Shown: in pieces, positions 24,131 through 33,572 of the stretch
How the letters are laid out: every line of letters begins with the position of its first letter
Numbering within the stretch: position 1 is the first letter of the stretch
Source: Parvularia atlantis
Lineage: Eukaryota
Assembly (NCBI GenBank): GCA_943704415.1
Contig: CALSCO010000636.1
Span: forward strand, 1-34,488
Reading direction: 5' to 3'
Length of the DNA: 34,488 nucleotides
The notes under the pieces: generated by a model
The model's database searches: none
Told to the model about the DNA's origin: nothing
Seen by the model: only the letters and a program-made list of their open reading frames with translations
Program-made: the position numbers and the translations under genes

Positions 24131-25023
24131 TCAGAGGATGACGCAGCACTCGTTCTGCTTCTTGGCCTCGGTGTAGAACTTCTTGGAGCTGAAGCTGAGG
24201 TCGTTGGACTTGGCGATGAGGTCGTCCAGCTTCTCGTGGCGCAGCATCAGCTGGTCGAGCGTCTGGACCTGCGGCGTGCCGTCGCGGGCGGTGAGCGCGC
24301 TCGGGCAGAGGCCGCGTGTGGCCGCGCGCCACACGCACCAGCACTTCCTTCGTGTCGTCTAGGTCCTTATGCACCCTGGTGATCGGGTCGGCCGTGAGCG
24401 GGTCCTGGTACTTGACCAGGTACGTCTTAAGCGACGGGAGCGCCGTGGTGGCGGCGGTCTTCCACGCGCCCGACGGGTACCTGCGCGCCGTCCACTCAGC
24501 ACACGGCGTGCCAGACGGACGCGCGCACTTGTCCGTGAACTCGTCGAGCACGCGGCCGAGCAGAGAGAACGCGACGCTGCACGAGCGCGTCACGCCCGGG
24601 GCCCACGCGCACGGCCGCAGCCGCGCACCGCGTGTGGTACTCGCTGTCGCACGCCGCGACGCCGCACAGCCCGTCCGAGCGCGCGTACGCGTGCAGCATG
24701 TACGCTGCTCGCGCGCATCAGCACAATGTGCGCACAGGGCGGCGCGACGACGGCGCACCGTCCTGCCGGACCGACACGCGCTGCCCCGGCTGAGCGCGCT
24801 CGGCGACGGTCTTGGACGTGAACGTGATGAACTCCTGCACACTGGCGGCGGCGGCGGCAGTGGCGGCGGCGACGGGTCAGGCAGTGTCGACGTGGCGGTC
24901 GGCGGTCGGCGCGCACTTGGCCCGCGTGAAGAAGTTGAAGGACGACAGGTCCGACTCGCACGCGAGCACGCGTGCATTCCCGGGCGCGACGGTGCTGACG
25001 ATCGACAGCGCGAAGAGCTTCAT
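24131..25023 (-). CDS. YKT6: Longin R-SNARE YKT6
   Basis: MKLFALSI, DLSSFNFFTR..VQEFITF.SKTVAER, YLVKYQDP..ADPITRVHKDLDDTK, EKLDDLIAKSNDLS.SSKKFY.EAKK and the C-terminal prenylation motif CCVIL*. Confidence 0.96.
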
Positions 25024-25462
25024 GGCCGCACGCGCGCCCCGTGTACCGGTCTGCGTTGCGCGCGCGCGCCGGTCAGTGCGTGCGCGGCCATGCTGCGTCG
25101 CGCGGGAAGCCAGCTTGGCTGGAATCGAACAGGTTTGGAGCGCCCATCCGATCTCCGCTCGCTCCCCCTCGCCTCGCCTCGCTCTCTCCTGCCGCTGCTC
25201 GCTGCCGCTTCTCGCCATTGCCGCCGCTGCCGCTGGTGCTGCTGCTGGTGCTGCATCGACGTGCGCGCGTTGCGGCCCGCTGCGCGCTGCCCAACGCGAG
25301 ACGCGCGCGCCCCACGTGCCAATCTCACGCCCGGCGCACGCCGTCCCGCCGCCAGGCACGACCGCGACTCGCCCGCCGCGTGGGCAGCAGCAGCACCCCC
25401 CGCCTCCCGGAGCGCCGCACACCGCCTGTCGTACCGCCAGCCCGGGCCCGCGAGCCAGCACG

Positions 25463-26579
25463 ATGTCGTTCATTGTCAAGTTCCTCGACTTTATGGGGCT
25501 CAAGGTGCCCATCGTCTACGACAAGGAAGACGACCACTGGCAGTCGCTCTGGCGGTGCTCGCTGGCCGAGTTCTTCGGCACGCTCATCTTCGTCTTCCTC
25601 GGCACGGCCTCGGTCACGTCGGCGGTCAACTCGGCCCCGAGCACCGGCGACGCCTACGACCAGGCCGCGTTCGTCATGTCGGTCGCGTTTGCCCACGGCT
25701 TCGCCATCGTCATCAGCATCTACTCGATCGGTGAGATCTCCGGAGGTGCGCCGAGGGCCTGCCGTGGCTGTGGCCGCCGCCGCCGCTGCTGCGTGATGCT
25801 CACACCGCCCGGTGCGCGCGCAGGCAACATCAACCCGGCCGTGACGTGGGCCCTGACAATCACGCGCAAGATCTCGGTCGTGCGCGGCCTGTGCTACGTG
25901 ATCGCGCAGCTGCTCGGCGCCATCCTCGCGTCGCTCGTGCTGCAGAGCCTCCTGCCGCCGACGATCGAGGCCCGTGACGGCCTGGGCTGCCACGGCCTGC
26001 ACTCGGCGATCACGTCGGGCACGGGCCTGCAGTTTGAGATCACGCTCACGTTCATCTTCATCTTTGTCGTCTTCGCCACGGCCATCTCGCCCTTTGTCGG
26101 CAAGATGGCCCCCGTCAGCGGTGCCGAGTACGGCCCGGGTAAGCTCACACCGCTCGTGCTCGGCCTGACCATCCTCGTCCTGCACCTCGTCGGCGTGCCC
26201 TTCACCGGCGCGTCCATGAACCCGGCGCGCTCGTTCGGCCCGGCCGTCGTCGCGGGCTGCTGGACCGACCACTGGGTGTACTGGGTCGGACCGATCATCG
26301 GCTCGACCTCGGCCTCGATCCTCGCCCACATCTTCTTCCTCTCGGCGCCCGAGGATGTCGCGCGAGTCTTCGCCATCACGCGCGGCGACCAGCGCCTGGC
26401 CGACTCGCACCGGCAGCCCGGCATGGCCGCCTCGGGCAACAACAACGACGGCGTGACCATGCAGGTGCGCGCACAACCCGCGCGGCCCGGGGGGCCGCTC
26501 TGCTCACCCGCGAACCGCCGCCCAGGCCGTCTCGTCCGGCGGCAACCCGTACATCCAGCACCTGGATGATGAGGAGTGA
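25463..26579 (+). CDS. Aquaporin (MIP family)
   Basis: AEFFGTLIFVFLG, SGGNINPAVT, YVIAQLLGA, FEITLTFIF, TGASMNPARSFGPA and HWVYWVGP. 2 introns. Last exon AVSSGGNPYIQHLDDEE*, stop at 26577-26579. Confidence 0.95.
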
Positions 26580-26605
26580 TGTCCGTACGCGCTGTTTGGC
26601 CGTTC

Positions 26606-28116
26606 ATGTCCTTGGTTGCCGGGTACGACGACGACGACGAGGCCGACCCGGGGCCCGGGCGCGACGCGCTGCCGGCCGCGCCCCGACCGCACCGCCCGGC
26701 CGCGGGCGTGTCGTCGCCGAGCCACGGTGGCGGCGCCCGCGTCCCGTCGCGCCCGGCGTCCGGTGCGCGGCCGCTATGCTGACGGTTGCGGACGCGGCCA
26801 ACCTGACGTGCACCACGCGCGCCAGTCGCCTCGCTCGTCTCGTACGACGCGCCCGACGACGACGACGTCGACGCCGACGCCGACGCCGACGTGGCGAGCA
26901 CGAGCACGGCGAGCCTGCGCGCGGCCGTCGCGGCCGTCAACGTCGCCGCCCCGACCGCGCGCTCCAAGCCGGCCGTATCGTTCGCGCCGCGCGAGGGCGG
27001 CGGCGGCAACAGCGTCGGCGGCGGCGCACTGACGGCCATGGGACTCGTACGGCGCGCCAACGACGGCGGCAGCAGCAGGAGCAGCTCGCCCGACGTGGGC
27101 GCGGCCGCGCTGCGCAAGGCACGTCGTGCCGTGTCTGCCGCGCCGTGTGTGAGCTCACACACGGCACGCAGGCCCCGTCCGGCCTGCGCAACGTCACCGG
27201 CGCCCCGGCCTGGGCCGACAGCGGCTCGCCGTCCGACCTGCCGCCGCTGCCACCGCCGGCCGCGCCCGCGCCGAGCGAGAGCGTGATGGTCGCGGTGCTG
27301 CCGCGCATCGGCGAGATGCAGCTGCCGCCCGAGACGACGCGCGTGTTCACGGACGACGAGCTGGTGCGCCGCCGCTCGTGCGTGCGTGCGCCTGCAGCCC
27401 GCGCTGAGCCGTGCGCCGCCGCCAGCGCGCCATCCCGCTGTACTCGAAGCGCCTGACCAACCAGACGGTTATCGAGTACCTACAAGGCTCGCTCTCGCCC
27501 GCCCCAGCGCCCACCGCCAGACACGACTGACTGGCTGACCGGTGCGCACGCGCAGGCCTCAAGAGCTTCCGCAACCCAAACATCTACGCCAAGCTGATTG
27601 AGGTGTACGAGCTGGACGAGTTTGGGTCCAACTACCCGCGCGAGCGCTTCGACCCGAAGGCCATCCCCGACGGCACGTACTACGAGCAGCTGGGTACGCC
27701 TGACGGCACGCACGCGAGATGCCGGGCCGACCCGTGCGCGCGTGCCGCAGCCGAGCAGCAGAAGCGTCGCTCCGAGCAGAGGGAGAAGGAGCGTCTGGCG
27801 CGTGCGCGCACCGAGATCGCCTTCGTGTCCTCCTCGGCCACGAACACCGCACCCGCACCCTCTGCCGCGTCCGCGGGAGGGTCCGGCCTCAGCGCAGGTG
27901 TGCCCAGTGCTGCCCGTGCGCATAGCGCACGCGGACTGGCTGACGGTCTGGCGCGCGGCAGACGTGGCGTCGGCTGCGATCGCGGCCGCCAGGCTCGTGG
28001 CACAGCGCGCACGCGGCATTGTCCCACCCGCGGACGACGGCAAGCGCCCGGCCCCGCCCCCGGCCAGCAGCAAGTGGGACCAGCAGGGGCCCAAGAAGCC
28101 GCGCATCAACCTCTGA
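26606..28116 (+). CDS. SAP30BP: SAP30-binding protein (HCNGP family)
   Basis: MSLVAGYDDDDE start (upstream in-frame ATG at 26579), LPPE, KSFRNPNIYAKLIE..LDEFGSNYPRERFDP, YYEQL, RTEIAFV and SKWD. Stop at 28114-28116. Confidence 0.88.
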
Positions 28117-28170
28117 AGACGAACACGAGGCGCTGTACATCGCACAGAAGTTTGCCTGTTCACCGCCGCC

Positions 28171-30131
28171 CTACTCGTCCGCCTCGTCCGACTCCTCCTC
28201 CGCGGTCCTGCGCCGCCGGTCGTCAGCCGCTGCCCGGCCTGCGCACGGTGCGCGCACCTGAGCCAGTCGATCATCGGCTTGGCCGAGACGCGCAGCTTGG
28301 CACCCACGTCCTTGTCGACAAACTTCTTCGAGACCTTGTCGTTCCACTGCATGATCACGTCCTCGGCCAGGATGTCCTCGTCGTACAGCACCTGCACGCC
28401 CGTCAGCGACGGCACGGTGCCCCCCCCCGGCCTCGCCGCGCGCATGCCTTCAGGATCTTGGCAAACTTGGCCGTGAGCTCGGGGATGATCACGCCGGCGA
28501 GGCGCTCGAGGCCGCCGATGAGGCCCTTGGTCGCCTTCTCCGACTTGACGAGCTGTGGCGCGCGGCATGAGCCCCACCACCTCTGCCGGGTGCCTGCCGC
28601 GGCCGCGCGCGCCTTCTGCAACAGCATCTTCTTCGACACGAGCTCCTCGAGGATCTTCTTCGTGAATGTCACCTGCACAAAAACGGCGACGGCCTGCGCG
28701 CGCGTGCACACACACACACACCGTGAGCATGAGACGACGACCGAGCCGGCCCGCGCGCGCGTACCCTGTCCTCCTTCAGGCCGAGCGTCTGGATCTTGGC
28801 GAGAATGTCCTCCGCCGAGTGCTCCGCGCCCAGATAGTCGGCAAACTCCTCGTACGTCTTGCCCTGGTCGTCGCCGCCCTCGGTGGCGTCGTCGTCCTTG
28901 GACACGACGAGGTTCTTGACGGCGCCGCTCAGGTCCTGCGCCAGCTCGCGCCGCACGCGCTCCAGCGTGGCCTCGTCGACCTTGGTGCGCGCGCGCGTGA
29001 GCCTGGCCGCCCGTGCGCAAAGCAGCCGCACCGTGAACTCCTCGTTGACCTCGCCGATCGTCGACTCGTCCGAGACGGTACGCGTGGCCGCGCCGTCCTA
29101 TTGTTCGCCCGCCGCGTCAGCCCACCCCGCGCAGAAGAAGACGCGGCCACGGCGGCGTACGGCGATGATGGCCGGCGTGAAGGCCATGCCCGAGTCGTCG
29201 TCCTGCTCCTTGGCCAGCTTGGCGTCATCCCCGGCCGGCTTCGCGTCGCTCGCGGCCTTGTCGTCCTTGTCGTCGCCGTCGTCGTCGCTGTCCGAGGCGC
29301 GGCGCGAGCCCTGTTTGGCGCGCTCGTTCTTCTCCTTGCGGCGCTGCAAGCAAGAAAGTGAGCCACGCTATGTGGCGCTGCCCACGGGGACGACGGCGCA
29401 CCTCCTCCTTGGACTTTTTGCTCTTGGCGCCTGCGGCCGAGCCCGCGACGGTCGCGTTGGGCGGTGGGTTCTGTCGCGCGCGGCGAGCGCATCAGAGCGA
29501 TGATGGTGCCGTACCGCGTGGGCACGCACGTTCAGGATGAAGGTGCACAGCTTGTGCAGGTTGTCGACCTTGTTGCGCGCGCCGCAGGCCTTGCAGTCGA
29601 GCCAGATCTCCTGCCTGCGGTCGATCAGCTGCGGCAGGCGAAGGGTGAGCACCCCACGGCCACGCAGAGCGCGCGCAGGCCGCCACCATGACGGTCTCCG
29701 GGTTGCTGCAGCTCGCGCAGAGCACAAACTTCTTGATAAACTTGTCGAGCAGGTCAGACAGCGTGCGCTCCTCGTGCGCGCCGTTGACGATGTAGCGTGA
29801 GTTTTTCTCGTCCATCTGCGTCTGCGCGCCGAGCTGCCCCACGCGCGGCGTGTCAAGACTGGCACCACCCAGCAGGCTCGTCCCGCCGCACACCTCGCAG
29901 CCGAAGAACTTGGTCGGGTACGACGACGGGCGGCTGAGCGCCTTGGCGATGTCCTCCATGTTCGGGATGACGGTCTTGATGCCGTTGCCCTTGCCCTCGA
30001 TCTGCACAATCGCGCGCATCAGGCCCACGGCAGGGATGGCGAAGCAGCGCGCACACCTTGGACATGAGACGGGGCATCTTGTAGCGGTAAAAATCGTCCT
30101 TGTTGGCGCGGTTGACGTTGACGAGCGACAT
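28171..30131 (-). CDS. EIF5: Eukaryotic translation initiation factor 5
   Basis: [73 protein letters not shown]2 domain [15 protein letters not shown] and [16 protein letters not shown]. Confidence 0.97.
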
Positions 30132-30204
30132 CTTTGGCGGCAGGGGGCGGACGAGGACGGACGGACGGACGGACGGGATGTGGTCGCACGCGGACGGTCT
30201 GGTC

Positions 30205-30739
30205 TCAGGACAGGGCGTGCTGCCAGAAGCGCTCTCTGCCGGGCGCGCCGCGTCACGGACCGGCTCGGCGACGCTCAACGTCACGCACATAGGCCCGGCC
30301 GTGTGTGGTGCAATTTTCTGCGCGGTGTTGCTGCAGCGCCCTCGAGCCGGCACTGCGATACGACTGGGCGGGGGCTGCGGGCGCGCGGCGGCGGCGGCAA
30401 GGGCGTCAGAGACTCGGCGCGAGGCGAGCTCAAAAAAAAAAAAAGACGGAGCACGTGGTCGGCGTAGGCAGTACACGCGGCCGAGTGTCAGCGCGTGCAC
30501 GCGTGTGCTCGCGGCGCCGCGCGTGAGGAGGGGGGGGACAGCGCGGGGACGCGCACAGGCGGCGGCGCCACGGTCGCGAGGCGGCTGAGGGGTTGCGCCA
30601 GCACCGACCAGCCAGCAAAAAAGGCAGCGAACGGCGCGCGCACAGCGCGGCCACATGCCGCTCGCGCCGGGCGCACCTGAGAGGGGTCCGGGTGCTGCGT
30701 GTGCTCGTGCTGCTGCTGCGTCGTGGGGCGAAAGAGCAT
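30205..30739 (-). promoter_or_regulatory. Putative spliced upstream ORF (59 codons) in the eIF5 leader
   Basis: Weak-context tccATGc at 30739. Introns at 30375-30676 and 30236-30288 have genome-typical signals. The spliced ORF stops at 30205-30207, 73 nt before the eIF5 ATG. Confidence 0.55.
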
Positions 30740-30801
30740 GGACCGCGCCAGGGGGTGCTCGGTGAGGACGGGGAGCGCTGACGAAGGCGCGCGATCCAGG
30801 C

Positions 30802-30828
30802 TACCCTCAAGTTGAGATCTTGAGGGTA
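30802..30828. other. Perfect 10-bp inverted repeat (hairpin, 7-nt loop)
   Basis: TACCCTCAAG-ttgagat-CTTGAGGGTA, between the NUDT21 stop and the eIF5 leader. Confidence 0.8.
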
Positions 30829-30879
30829 ACAGACCGATCTCTCTCCTCTACCAGCCACCCCGCCCGCGCCCCGCCGGCC

Positions 30880-31899
30880 TCACTCGTGGTAGACAAAGTT
30901 TATCCTCGACGAGAGGTGCGGGATCGTGCTGAGCGTGTTGCCGTATCTCTGGTGCGGCGCGGCATGAGCGACGCGCGCCGCGCGACCTCGCGCGCACCCT
31001 CGGCGTCTCAAACAGGTCGAAGAAGGGCACGGCCAGCAGCTTCATGTTCTTGGGCACGTAGAACGTGCCTGGCGCATGCGGACGGCGCGCCCGCGCGTGA
31101 GCCGAATCCGCAGCTGGGCGCGCGCGTTTGGGCCGCCGCGCACGCACACTTCTCCGGCAGCTGGATCAGGAACATCTTGCGCATCTCGCGCGGCTTGGTG
31201 ATGTGCGCGGGCACGTACGGGTACTGGCACGCGCACGCACGCAGGCCGTTTGTCAGCACCGCACGGCGCACAACGACCGCGCGCTCGCGCACCAGAAAGT
31301 TCTCGGCCTTTGGGCGCCACCACACGCCGAGCACCTCGCCAACCTCCCACGCCGGCGGCATCTCCTCCTGCGCACGCGCGGCACGGGCCGCTGAGCAACG
31401 CTTGGCGCGCGGGGCCGCGCGGCACGCAGCGCACCGGCATGGTCGGGCCGAGGCGCAGCCCGAGAGCGCGCCGCAGGCCGTCGACCTCGTCCTCGCCGGG
31501 CCGCAGCTGGTCGCCGGGCCTGTGCGGCGCACGCCGTGCGTGAGTTGGGCGGGCGGCGGCGCGGGGTCAGCGACGCAACAGCTTGAAAAACGAGTCGCCG
31601 ATCTGGAGCATAAGGATGTGCGGGTGGCGGTGCTCGTGCACGACCAGCACGGCCTCAACCGTGCGGCGCATGCCGAGCGTGTAGTACTCGTCCTCGATGC
31701 GCTGCGGCGCGAGGGAGGGAGGGCGCGGCGCGTCACGCCGGGCTGCGCCAGGCGCGCACCGCGCCCTTGCCTTCATGCGCGCGTCGACCGACGGGTCCTC
31801 CTCCATCTGCACGGCCTTGCTGCCGATAGCGTAGTTGGCGAGCGGGAAGAGCGTGTGCACGGGCATGCGCGAGAGCGCCATCTCCGGCACGGCCGCCAT
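30880..31899 (-). CDS. NUDT21: Cleavage factor Im 25 kDa subunit (NUDT21/CPSF5)
   Basis: LFPLANYAIGSK, EDPSVDARM, GMRRTVEAVLVVHEHRHPHILMLQIG, FKLPG..LRPGEDEVDGL, WWRP, YPYVPAHITKPRE, VPKNMKLLAVPFFDLF and YGNTLSTIPHLSSRINF. Stop at 30880-30882. Confidence 0.96.
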
Positions 31900-31986
31900 G
31901 GCTGGGGGCTGCGGGGCGCTGCGGCGGCGCGGCTCAGTCGCAACCAACGGCGCCTAAAAACTCATCGAACGATCAGCGTCCATGCA

Positions 31987-33534
31987 TCATGGCGCGGTGC
32001 CACACACAAGATCGCCGCCCACGGCCGCCGCGAGCGCCTGGGCCAGGGCCGCGGCGTCGAGGCCGCCGGGCAGCTGTGCGTCGTTGTCGTTGTCGTCGTC
32101 GTCGTCGTGGCCCGCGATGGGCGCAGCGGCCGGATGCGCGCGTGTCGCGTCGCTCGCCGCGAGGTCAAGGTCGAGGTCCGCGTCGTCGTCGTCGTTGCCG
32201 TCGTCGCCCTCGCCGCCCTGGTCGCCGTCCGCGCTGTCAGGCGCGTGCTCAGAAAAGACGCGCGCGCTGTGCGGCTCCTCGACGGCCGTGATGTCCTCAA
32301 TCCGCGGCCGCTTGGGGCGCCGAAAGCGCTCCTCAGCACGCACGGCGGCCTCCTGCGCGCCTGCCAGTGTCAGCGAGCAGCGCGACGGCCGCGCGGCCCC
32401 GCCTTGCCTCGGCCGCCGTGCACCACGTGACAGTGCCGCGCTCACTCGCGCGCAGCACGTGCAGCGTCGGGTATTCGATCACGGTCAGGCCCGCAAGAGC
32501 GGTGCGCAGCGTCGTCTCGAGCGCGAGCTCAATGAAGCGGTCCGCGTTGGCCTTTGCGCGTGTCGTCCTCAGCGAGGCATGCAAGCGCGCGCGCGCGCGC
32601 GCGAGCGTTCACTGCGCACCGGCCGGAAGGGGATCTTGTATGCGACGATGCACTGCGCCCGGTCTGCGGCCTCGGCCAGGCGCCGCCGGTGGTCGGGTGC
32701 GGCGCCGGCTCCGCGCGCGACGTCGTCGAGCACCTGGCCAACGGTGCGCGTGTCGGCGTGCCTGCCAAGGCGCGCTCAGACGGCCGCGGCCGCGCGCGAC
32801 ACCGCAGGCGCGAACGCACTTGCTCTTGTGCGTGATGCCTGCCGACACGAAGCCCAGCTCGACGTCCCACCAGATCGCGTCGGACCTGAGGCGCACCGTC
32901 AGCGGGCCCACCCAGGCACGGCAGAAGCGCGCACTTGAAGTTGTACGACGACCGGTTGGACATGTGGCGGTGCATCCCGTCCGACATGAAGCGCAGGTCG
33001 ATGCCGCGTATGCGCGCCTGCTGCAGCAGCCGGCGCAGGCGCACGGGCAGCCGCTGGACGGGCTCCTGCGCGGGGCCGCGGCGCAGACGCGCGGGTCGCG
33101 GGATGGCAGAGACGGCGGCGTCGCGCGATCGCTCGACCTCGCTGAGGAACGCGACGTCTGAGGCCCGTCAAGCGTGAGCACGCTCGGCGCACGCTCGGGC
33201 CGCGCACCCGACCACATCGTCTCGTCGGTGAAGCCGTCGAGCGGGACGTAGTCGCTGCGCTTGCGCTTGCCATCGCAGCCGCGCGCGAGCTTGTGTGCGC
33301 GCACGCACTCGACGCTGCACGTGCGCGCGAGGCATCCCGGGCAGCAGTACTGCGTCATGCGCGGTTCAGTGGGCCACGACACGGGTGCACCGGTGCGCGG
33401 CGACGCGCCCTGGCCTCGCGCTGGCCGCACTGCTCGCACGGCGGGCCCGGCACGGGTGGCGGCGCCGGCCCGCGGTCGTCCTCGTCGTCGTAGGCGGGCG
33501 CATCCAGCCGGAGCATCCGCGCTCGACTCCACAT
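31987..33534 (-). CDS. ZNHIT6: Box C/D snoRNA protein 1 (BCD1/ZNHIT6), zf-HIT protein
   Basis: CEQCGQREAR|YCCPGCLARTCSVECVRAHK..CDGKR, ..SD..FLSEVER, RGIDLRFM..GMHRH..NRS, IWWDVE, LRTALAGLTVIEYPTLHV and an acidic tail. ATG at 33534 or 33516. Stop at 31987-31989. Confidence 0.88.
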
Positions 33535-33572
33535 GAACTGATGTGAACTTTGCACCACACGTGTCGCTCAAC

